A stretch of DNA of 63,983 nucleotides, counting the filler, from Licmophora abbreviata (lineage: Eukaryota), in assembly GCA_900291995.1 (NCBI GenBank). It is 12 parts of 12 records of this genome, joined end to end, with 100 filler letters (N's around TTAATTAATTAA, not from the genome) between each part and the next. Parts side by side here need not be neighbours in the genome. Positions count along the whole stretch, not along the records: positions 20,066 to 26,615 come from OLMU01005105.1; positions 26,716 to 28,373 come from OLMU01005108.1; positions 28,474 to 42,198 come from OLMU01005109.1; 9 more parts are not named here. The stretch is one strand, 5' to 3'. Of this stretch, positions 23,001 through 32,597 are shown one piece after another; position 1 is the first letter of the stretch; each line of letters starts with the position of its first letter. Position numbers and translations under genes: made by a program. The notes beneath the pieces are model-generated. The model was not told the DNA's origin. It was given only the letters and a program-made list of their open reading frames with translations, and ran no database searches.

Positions 23001-26000
23001 TTGCCGCAAGGGTTGCCTCCCTTTGTGGGGTAGAGGAAGTCGACCCGGCTGAGCCCTTCTCTAGCTATGGACTCAACTCCATCTCGGTTGCTGAGTTGAT
23101 TATTTTCCTCAAACAGGAAATGTCGTTCACGATCAGTCCGATGGAGCTCATGACTTCTGCAACCTGTCAGAGTATTGCAGAAGGTATTCTCAGCGCTAAC
23201 GACGAGAAGGAGAACAAAGATAGAGCGGCGGCTGATGGAGACGAGGAAGACTCCAGCTCGGAGAATGCCGATGAAGTTGAGCCAGAAGATCTCGTCCTCC
23301 CATCGCGCCAGTTGGTCGACGTGTCGTCTCGATTCGCACCGTCTTTCAAGGAACATTTTGCAGGTACCTCGGTGGTACCTTTCAAGAAGCAAGTCCGCAA
23401 GGAGAACAGCCAACTTCATGTCTCATCAGCTGTGGAGACGACCGTCACGAGTGCGGGTCTTCAAGAGATGATGGATTCACTTCCTCCAGAGTGTAAAGAT
23501 GCCCTTAAAGAACTCGTTGCCTTCGTGCGCTCTCTGGGAGATGGAGCTATTGCGCCAGCCACGCCTGTGAGAGAGATGCGAAGCGTCATGATCACTGGTG
23601 CGACGGGATTCGTTGGTCGACATTTCATTGTCGAGCTTCTGAAGTGCTCTGATGTGCACATCGACACGATCTATTGTCCTGTGCGTGCTGGCAGCGACGA
23701 CGAGGCTCTTCAGCGTGTCGTCGATGCTGTAGGGGAAGTTGGTCTGTGGGACGACTCTTACCTCGGGCGCATTTGTGCCTTCAGTGCTGATCTGATGGAT
23801 GATACCTTCCGCACCTCTTCCGAAATGTATGACCAGCTTGCGGACAAGGTGGATGCTGTCTACCACTTTGCGTCTGACCTGAACCTCGCTGCACCTTTCA
23901 AAACGATGCGAGCAAGGAACTGTTGCTTTTTCCGGCCCGTCGCTAGGCTTTGCGTGTCAGGAAAGCGAAAGCATCTCTTCCTCGCTTCAACGCTTGGGAT
24001 GTTTCCTCAGTACTCTTGCGAGTTCGCCAAAGAGATGGCCGACAAGCCAATTGCTCAAGACGCCATCCCTGATGTTGCGTCGATGAAGCGTTTGTTCCCG
24101 CTCGGTTTGAGTGGATACCAGTGGTCCAAGCTTGTAATCGAGGTCGCCGCACGTGAGTTTTCAGAAGCCAAGAAAGTCCCACTTGCTGTCTTCAGGCTTC
24201 CCAACATCACGACCAATAGTAAGTTCTTTGTTGAGTGTCAGCTGGCTATTGAATGCCTTTGTTTGTAATTTTCCTCGACTCACGGATCACTTCATCAACT
24301 TAGGTGTCAGTGGATATTTGGCTGCAGACGACCCGCAGGCGAGGGTCTCCTTCGCTGCGATTCAGCTCCGGATGACACCCAAGCCTGATGGTTCACCGTT
24401 CAATGGAGAAGATGGCAAGGTATGCAACGAAATCATGCTCAGGGTTTCTTTGAACCCTTCGAGAAAGCATACCATCTACCATTGCTCTAGAATCTGCCCT
24501 GTGATCAGTACTGAAATACCGTTCCTCGACAAGCTGGGATTGGCGTGCGAACCCACCTCTTTCACGAACTTCAAATCCCAATGCCAGAAGCTCGGCAGTA
24601 AGTCGGCTCTCAACTCCTACTGGGCACTCGTAGATTTCTACAAAGCGTATTGGTTCGACGAGGGCGCCCGATTTGGGCCGCGTCCCATCGATATCACTTC
24701 TTTGCATGATGATTGTGTCCCGCTTCCAGATGCAACATCGATCATGACTTTGCTCTGCAACTGTGCGAAGTGGTCGTTCGGTCACCCCGAGTCGCTGCCC
24801 TTTGAGGCCAGCATCATGCACGCATCGATTGACCTGCAATCCGTCCTCCAACCGGCGCGAAAGATGTGTAGCACGTATGACATCGACTTCGACACTGTTG
24901 TGCCGCCCCATGTTCGTGAGGGCCTGCAGCGGATTTGCGAAGGGGTCGCAGAGAAGGTATCGCCAGCCATGATTCCTATGGTTTCCTTTGATCTGACATC
25001 GAAACTTGAAAGTCGCTTTCAAATGCACCGTCTGCTTGCGATGCACCCGGAGATCAAGCAAGAGCCTATTGTGAAACCAGTCTTCATACTTGGTCTCAAC
25101 CGTACCGGAACAACCTTTCTACACCGGATGCTCGAGGCGTCCGGCTGCTTCGATGTGCCCTTTCCCGAGGAGCAGTACTTTTTGCCGAAAGCAGATTCTT
25201 TCGCCAACTCTGATCCTCTGAATGATGGCGAGCGACTGTCGTTCCTTGAAAGCGGGAGGAAAGAAATCACGCAATCGTTCGAGGGAAGTCATGAGTTCGT
25301 GCTTGGAGTTGCTGAGGAGGATATGTGTGCTCACTCGCATGCCTTTGCGTCTTTGGAGTATGATGTCCTCTACGGCCTACCTGAGTATCGTGCCTGGCTT
25401 GACAGCCAAACTCTTGACGAAGTTTATGCTGAACACCGGCAGTGGATGCAGTTGATTTCTTGGGCTCGGCGGCAAGCGAACAAGAAACCAGTCGGACGGT
25501 GGTGCTTGAAAATGCCTTGGCACGCTCGATCGCTCCCGGCGCTTCTTAAGGCATATCCTGACGCGGTGCTCGTGCATACACATCGCTCCCCAGAACAGGT
25601 AGCAGGATCTTGGTGTTCACTTGTTGAGAGACAACAAAGTTATTATTGTGGGGAGACAGCTGTCAATCTTACACAACTAGGTCAAGACCAGATGGAATCT
25701 CTCAGGTTCACCCTTGATGCTGCGATGCAATTCAGAACGGAACATCCTGAACTCCAGAAGCGGTGGCTGGACCTGCAATTCGAAGACCTGATCTCGGGGC
25801 CTCTTGAGAGTGCCAAGCAAGTCTTTGCCCATGCCGACGTCCCCGTCGATGATCAAGTAGCCCAGACTGTTCATGCTTACACGTTGAAAGTATGCAGAAG
25901 CATAGTGCTGCCAATCTTCAAAAGTACGACATGCGGGATTACGGTATTGTGGAAGCTGACTTTGATGAAGATGATGTGTTCAGGAAGTACAAGACACAGT

Positions 26001-26011
26001 GGTTGAACTGA
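20066..26011 (+). CDS. Type I PKS, C-terminal half: pseudo-MT/ER/KR/ACP/thioester reductase (R)/sulfotransferase; intron 24219-24303; apparent 1-nt frameshift near 25887
   Basis: ER: LNFRD, LVHSAMGGVGQAA. KR: GCFGGFG, HLAGVLDD, YSAAN. ACP: GLNS. R: ITGATGFVG, GYQWSK. ST: PVFILGLNRTGTT, LKMPWH, HTHRSPEQVAGS. An 85-nt GTAAG…TAG intron joins ORFs 20081..24268 and 24153..26006 in frame. Confidence 0.9.
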
Positions 26012-26094
26012 AACCATAACGGTCAGAGTCGACTGGCCGGAGTGGTTGTTGTTCCCGAATACTGTCTCCCATCGTCATTATACGTTCAGTTTTA

Positions 26095-27205
26095 ACTGTA
26101 CCAGGTACCGGTACGGATATAATACGATAGTATATGTTTGTGATGTGAGAATGTTTGTGATGTTGTGATGTGAGAATTCAGTTCCCCCTACTACCTGGTA
26201 AGCGGCACGGGAGCTATAGGAGTTTAAGACTTGGTACCGGTACCAGGTACAAGTACGGGAGAACGAGTGGTTACCCGGTAGACTCTGCAAAGTATAGACG
26301 AGCACTGAGGCTTCATTCATCTTCATTTCCAATTTCAGGTTCCAGGCGTACTTCCTCTGTATGACAAGGACCAACAGACTGATACTCTGGCGGCCTTCCT
26401 ATCTTCACTCATGGTGGTACTTGCGGCACAAGAGCGTAGCCAGAGTTTTTTGGAACACCAGGACTGCACCTTCGTAGATGTCTCTAAAAATTCATTTCTT
26501 CCTGAGTATCCTTTGTTTGAGCAGCAAAACATACCGGTACCTGCTTTTGCTCGTTTCAACATACCGGTATGCCCAATAATTGATTACTTCATCCACGCTT
26601 GAAGTGACTTTGGTCNNNNNNNNNNNNNNNNNNNNNNNNNNNNNNNNNNNNNNNNNNNNTTAATTAATTAANNNNNNNNNNNNNNNNNNNNNNNNNNNNN
26701 NNNNNNNNNNNNNNNGGTACAGCAGAGGCTCTACCAGGTACCATACCCGTATCGGTACACAGGTTTCTTGTACCGGTATCGTTAGAAGTAAAATGCCGGA
26801 AAGTGGAATGCGGGACAGGAAAATTGAATGGTGCTTGGAGCGACGGTCACAAACTTGTCGCCCATGCGTGGTGGACTGCTACTATCTGGTACCAAGTACC
26901 GGTACCGGTACACGTGAGTCCTGGCATGCTTGCTTGGTTCCAGACACCTGCTCCCGGCAACGATAACGACAAAACAAACTTCCTTGTTGTTGTATACTGA
27001 AGCATAGTAGCGAATTCGAAGTGCAGGAGTTCATTGGGACATGTTCGTCGCCCTAGGAAGTTTACTCGCTACGAATGCCAGGTATCATCAGGGTACTACC
27101 ACAGGTACCTGGTACTCGTACCTACGAATGACTGCTGTGTACCTGGTACCATACACCATGGAAGTACTGTACCAGGTACACTCACTACCCTGGTACCGTC
27201 GGTAT
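26095..27205. repeat. GGTACC/TACCAGGTA/GTACCGGTAC-rich palindromic low-complexity non-coding DNA on both sides of a gap
   Basis: Many copies, e.g. 26098-26114, 26232-26250, 26730-26778, 26887-26911, 27090-27198. Confidence 0.7.
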
Positions 27206-27262
27206 CACAAATTACGGCGACACAGGACAGCCCACCACAAGAGCTTGCGTACGCCCTGACGC

Positions 27263-28210
27263 CTATTTTCTCGAGCGAAGCGTGTCATGCCGCCACTCAG
27301 GATAAGCTTCTTCTGAGACGGTACTCGAGCTAGTCGCATCAAGTTCAGAAATGATGTGCTGGCGCTGACCTTTCCGGTCGCCAATATGACGTCGGTGGGA
27401 GCCATCGATCGGGCCGGTACAAGTGCAAGCAGACATTGCCCACATGGCAAGGAAGAAAGCCGGGGCGATAAACACGTTCGATGCCACGTAAACCAGAAAG
27501 GCAATAACGGGGCGCTTCTTGGGATTGTACTGGGGATAAATGACATCGTCGTCGGCAATGTAGGGATCTACGCCGGTATGAAAGGGATTGCTGATGCTCG
27601 AGAAGTTGGCAAACAGCGTCCAGAAAAAATAAAGGTACATGACACCTGCCGGAAAGAGATAGTGTTTGATTCTGACGGGAATTCGAGAGTGCACTAGCCC
27701 TTCTAGTAGCGTAAACGTCAAGAAGACCCCGTGTTTCATCACACAGGGATAGCGCACGTGCGGCGCGATTTCGTGAAAGAAAACGTGGTGATAAAAGACC
27801 CAGAATATGAATGTCGCGATAAGCTGTATCATGACCGCAATCGAGAACATCGCCCACATGAATCTGACCGGAAAGGACGGTATGGGGTGAGCAGCAAGAG
27901 TCTTTGGCTGAGTCGCATAGTTGCCCAGAGAGACGACACAGAAGGAGAAGTAGTAAATAATTGTCAGTCCAAAGGACCATTGCGAAAGGAAGGCAAAGTA
28001 GAAGTACGGGAACTTGAATGCAAAGGTAAGATCATAGTGCAAGACTTCGAGTGACCAGAGAAGGAGGATAATGCGGATCGAGGTCGTAGGCCATCTTGGT
28101 TTCGGGGCGAAGGTGGCAGCGACGTCGAGGACCCGGCCGGTCTCGTCTTGGAGAGAAAACAGCGGGATGGAGAGCTCCGCCCTAAGCTTTCGCGCAATCG
28201 ACCTCAGCAT
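27263..28210 (-). CDS. Multi-pass membrane protein, rolling stone-like
   Basis: About 6 hydrophobic segments; FAFLSQW, FIFW, MKHG, YLYFFW and VIYP resemble the family pattern. Confidence 0.55.
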   Translation of the reverse strand: MLRSIARKLRAELSIPLFSLQDETGRVLDVAATFAPKPRWPTTSIRIILLLWSLEVLHYDLTFAFKFPYFYFAFLSQWSFGLTIIYYFSFCVVSLGNYATQPKTLAAHPIPSFPVRFMWAMFSIAVMIQLIATFIFWVFYHHVFFHEIAPHVRYPCVMKHGVFLTFTLLEGLVHSRIPVRIKHYLFPAGVMYLYFFWTLFANFSSISNPFHTGVDPYIADDDVIYPQYNPKKRPVIAFLVYVASNVFIAPAFFLAMWAMSACTCTGPIDGSHRRHIGDRKGQRQHIISELDATSSSTVSEEAYPEWRHDTLRSRK

Positions 28211-28473
28211 GGGGACACCGTAGGATGGAAAACGGGGCAGGGAAAGTACCAGGTGAATGAATGACTGCGAAAATTGATGAGATGGAATGCTCACAGTGCG
28301 TTCTGGGTTGTGCGCAAGGTACGGGCGGTACCGGTACATTTTGTGGTACGCTATATGATTCGATTCGCCTACTNNNNNNNNNNNNNNNNNNNNNNNNNNN
28401 NNNNNNNNNNNNNNNNNTTAATTAATTAANNNNNNNNNNNNNNNNNNNNNNNNNNNNNNNNNNNNNNNNNNNN

Positions 28474-30750
28474 GGGTCAGGCACAGTGCATGGTTTGCTG
28501 TTTGAGCCTTATACGCTGCGGGTATTCATGCTTTGAGTAAGCCATCATTTCGTAAGGGGGCTTGAAGGGCTTTCCCTAGCTTCTATTGCTATGGAAATTC
28601 TAGAGTGCCAAGATTGAATACAATAAGCCACAGTATATTATTATGACGAAGGATGCTACTTAATTCACATATCGATGTCTAGCTACCTTGCAAGAACTGC
28701 GTAGGGCCAAGATGCCAGGCCTTGACTTGGAGTGACTTGACTTATCATAGGCAGATGTATTATACATGCTATAGTAACCACCCCGCATCTTGGCAAGTCT
28801 ACATGAAAAGCCCCAACACACTGAACCACACCACTGAACCACCATAGTCAGTTTTAGGCAAACCTACAGCCTACGAGTACAGGTGTTGAGATCGCCCTTT
28901 CCAGCTCTTCTTGGTCTTTTGATTTGATCGAAAAGATTGATTGCAGCAAGCCTAGTAGGCGCTCATGGACTACACGTCGTTTCTTTGAGGGTAGCAACAA
29001 CGATGCCAGTATGGCGCGAGCATCAGAAGGGTACCATCAGGCAATCGTGCATCTTACAATACATATCATAGCTCCACAAATGGTAGGTGCCGGTGCCAAG
29101 CCCAGTCTGGACTAACCCATTAGCAGAAACAGAAGGATATGCAAGATGATGAGTAAGTTACGCGTGCAAAGTCCAAGGATGGACTGGAGTCTACCGAGTC
29201 CTAGCTAGTGCTCTACTCTAGAACTATTGCCTTAGATTAATCACTTCACCAATGTCTGCCACACTGGTACGTGGTACTTGGTAGCCCCCACCAAAGAAGT
29301 CCAATGCACACTGATGAATGGAATCATTCTCTTCGAAATGGTGCCATAAGTGAAGTTTGTCATTTGCTCCATGCACCATGGCTGGTGTCACGTCCCCAGG
29401 TTATTATTCGTGAGCAAGGATTTGGTTTTGATCCTCCTATGTGAAAGACCCTGGTTCCACAACAGGAACAATGAACAAAGCAAAGAGAGCTGTGAAGGCC
29501 TGTAGCAGTCGATCCTCTCTGATAGACATTTTGTTTCCCGGCTAGTAGGGCTTTCGGTCCGATTTCCCCTCTGCAATACAAGCCAGCACATGTATCCATG
29601 AAGTGGTTATGAAAGCACTGGGCATCTGCTCTCGCAAAAGACCTGCCTTGGGTCCTCCTTGTCCGGTACAGCTGCACATGATGGCCCCAAGAATCACATC
29701 ATTCTCTGTCTGATCCTTAAGCCTTGCCAGTCTCTGATCCAGCCATCTCTTTGTTAGGCCTTTTGTTCATCCATACCCTTGGAAGTCAAGAGGATGATTC
29801 GGTTTGTGTGGAGAGAGAAGGAGCAGCTCGCTCCTCTCAAAGCCATCCTCGCCGGGGGCGTTTCAAGCCCAGGAACTGTGTGACCAGGCAGGCAAAGAAA
29901 TGCATGGGGCTAACAACCTGACCAGACTTGGAATGGCGAAGAAGACGAATTTTGTGATAAGGCCTCAGGGAGTCAGCCGGCACCACCAAACATGTACTTG
30001 TCATCAACCAGAAGGTTCTAAAAGCCGTGTCTCATGGACCACCCAGGGACTAGTTTGACCTCCCTCCACTGTCAAGAAGCTCTTGACCCCTCACGGCACG
30101 ATGCTGCAGACAGGAACATCCTTGGCAAGAGCTACGCCTACTATGCCACTTTTGGTTGCTACTTTCACCCCCAAGCACTCTGACTGAGCGAAGTAGACAA
30201 ACTTGCAGATCCCTCCAAGGATCGTCACTGTTGGATAACAGGCTTGCAATTCAGATATGAAACTTGCAGCGAAGTTTGCTCCTCCGCCACACGGATAGAC
30301 GATGATTGCCTTGAACTCTTTGGAGCATTTTCTGAAGAGAGATTTACCTGTGTGAACTCGCCTCAAATGGGTCACATATGTCATTCAGGTGGATAGAGAA
30401 TGGGACAAAATGTGTCCGCTCTGGAAGAAGCCCCGCTATGATGGCAGCATCACTGGCTGCTTCTACAGTCAACCTCATTTCCAACATTTTCCTGGATTGT
30501 ACACGAGAATGCTCCAAGACATACAGCAACTAAGGGTTGCACCAGAGAGACCAAATGATTTGGTTGCACTCAAGGAGTGAGCAGAGCGTGGAATGAGGTA
30601 GTATAAGTGCTTGGAAGTTCTGGCCATGCGTGTCGAATCGACGGCATTGAGGAAGGAAATAATGGGAATCAAAAAGTCAGACGAAAAAGCAACTGGAATT
30701 CAGATGTTGGTTCTCACTTCCAGATGATCTATTGGATGATGCTGTTTCGA
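28474..30750. mobile_element. Degenerate, CpG-depleted probable transposon/retroelement relic
   Basis: No long ORF; CG is scarce and TG/CA abundant compared with flanking genes; broken minus-strand coding-like fragments (HLRRVH, YPCGG). Confidence 0.4.
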
Positions 30751-31087
30751 GTTTGAATTTGGCTTCCAGCATTTTGTTGGGAGATGGCATCACTCAGCAC
30801 TGGGCGATTCAAGATACTCCGGTCTCGCTTTCTGCCTGTGTACAACGAAGAAGGGTGTTCTGCGTGTAACAACTACGGAGGATCATCTCATCTTGCTCTC
30901 TCTTGTCGCGTTACCTGGGACATATGTGCCGGTATGTGGACATGGTGGCTAAACTTTTTTATGTATAGTACCAGGTATTTTTAAATAGAGGTATGATACG
31001 AGTAGGCTGTTCGACGTCTACCGGCAGTCTGGTCGAAGGAGTCATCAGTTCTGAACCGCGCGGCGCGCGTAACCTCTCCATCTCATC

Positions 31088-31129
31088 TCAACCGTCAACC
31101 GTCAACCGTCAACCGTCAACCGTCAACCG
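31088..31129 (+). repeat. (TCAACCG)x6 perfect tandem repeat upstream of PheRS
   Basis: Six exact 7-mers seen directly. Confidence 0.95.
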
Positions 31130-31254
31130 CCACAATTCATCCCACACGAAGAAGACTGGACACAAAATGGCGCAGTCCGACGGCGCTGCACTGTCCAGTC
31201 GTCCAATCGCCGTTGCACCGTTTCAACCCTCTTGAACGAAGCCTGGGACGCACC

Positions 31255-32592
31255 ATGTCTTATGAATGCGCCATCTTGACAGGAAGGCGACTCGGGGCTT
31301 CATTGAGAGCCAAGAATTTCCTTCCCCATCTCATCAGTAGATCCTTCGCTAGTACTACATGTCGAAGCACGGAGGCGTCGCCGTCCCTATCGTCCGCCTC
31401 CTCTTCCGAAGGGTTCTCTCTGGATCATCCCGACTGCAACGTGACTCCCAATCTAGTCGATCGCATTGGCCGAAACTTGTATCTGCAGCGAAATCACCCC
31501 CTCAATATTCTCAAACAGAAACTAGAAGGATACTTTGGAAGTGACTTCGACTCCATCGACAGTCTATCTCCCATTGTCACTGTTCATGACAATTTCGACA
31601 AGCTTCTGATCCCTAAGGATCATGTCAGTCGCAACCTTTCCGATACTTATTATTTTGATCGATCCACTGTTCTGCGAACTCATACCTCGGCACATCAGGC
31701 CATGCTTTTGAAGCAAGGACATCAACGTTTCATCGTAGCGGGCGACTGCTACCGACGCGACGAGATTGACAGTTCTCATTATCCAATCTTTCACCAAATG
31801 GAAGGAGTCAAAGTCTTCTCCAATCAGGAGCTGGGTGACACCCAGCAGGATCGAGTCCGAATAGTTGAGCAGGATCTCAAGCAGTGCTTGGAGGGCATGG
31901 CGCGATCGCTTTTTGGAGATGTGGTACGTTTCAGTAGACTATATTATAATGCCATGATCCATGATTCTCACGAGGTACCCTTAATGAACAAATTGGCCTC
32001 ACGATGCCGTTCTCTTCTCTTTCAGGAAATGAGGTGGGTCGACGAGTACTTTCCCTTTACTGATCCATCCTTCGAGCTCGAGATATACTATCAAGACGAG
32101 TGGATGGAAGTGTTGGGGTGCGGCGTGATGCAGCCGCAAATACTCGTGGATTCTGGTCGAACCGATTGCACCGCCTGGGCGTTTGGACTTGGCCTTGAGC
32201 GACTAGCCATGGTTCTTTTTTCCATACCGGATATTAGACTGTTCTGGAGCGAAGACGAACGATTTCATTCTCAGTTTCGGTCGGGTGAGATTGTCACATT
32301 TCAACCCTACTCCAAGTTTCCTCCTTGCTTCAAAGATATCGCCTTCTGGATCGACAGTAACGACTTTCATCCCAATGATCTGATGGAAGTGGTTAGGAAT
32401 GTCGCAGGTGATTTGGTTGAGCGGGTGGAGCTAGTGGATGAGTTTGTGCATCCTAAGTCTTCGCGTGTCAGCAACTGTTTTCGCATCTCCTACCGATCAA
32501 TGGATCGCTCACTGACCAACGAAGAAATCGATGCTCTCCAAGACCAAGTGCGAACATTGACTCGTGATAGTCTGAACGTGGAGTTGCGATAG
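31255..32592 (+). CDS. Monomeric organellar (mitochondrial-type) phenylalanyl-tRNA synthetase; intron 31924-32025
   Basis: VLRTHTSAHQ, YRRDEIDSSHYPIFHQMEG, FPFTDPSFE, AFGLGLERLAM, and a C-terminal FDX-ACB domain. Confidence 0.95.
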   Translation: MSYECAILTGRRLGASLRAKNFLPHLISRSFASTTCRSTEASPSLSSASSSEGFSLDHPDCNVTPNLVDRIGRNLYLQRNHPLNILKQKLEGYFGSDFDSIDSLSPIVTVHDNFDKLLIPKDHVSRNLSDTYYFDRSTVLRTHTSAHQAMLLKQGHQRFIVAGDCYRRDEIDSSHYPIFHQMEGVKVFSNQELGDTQQDRVRIVEQDLKQCLEGMARSLFGDVVRFSRLYYNAMIHDSHEVPLMNKLASRCRSLLFQEMRWVDEYFPFTDPSFELEIYYQDEWMEVLGCGVMQPQILVDSGRTDCTAWAFGLGLERLAMVLFSIPDIRLFWSEDERFHSQFRSGEIVTFQPYSKFPPCFKDIAFWIDSNDFHPNDLMEVVRNVAGDLVERVELVDEFVHPKSSRVSNCFRISYRSMDRSLTNEEIDALQDQVRTLTRDSLNVELR

Positions 32593-32597
32593 AGACC

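Noticed and set aside
24153..26006. Sulfotransferase as a stand-alone gene
   Set aside because: Its ORF start is non-ATG and overlaps the PKS; a canonical intron joins it in frame, and its first part completes the R domain.
23560..26011. CurM/OLS-type terminal-alkene module
   Set aside because: No thioesterase domain is present and the order is ACP-R-ST, not ACP-ST-TE.
26078..27333. Short ORFs in the GTAC-rich region
   Set aside because: Translations are by-products of low-complexity palindromic DNA.
31088..31129. Telomere-like repeat
   Set aside because: Internal, only six units, and does not match TTAGGG-type repeats.
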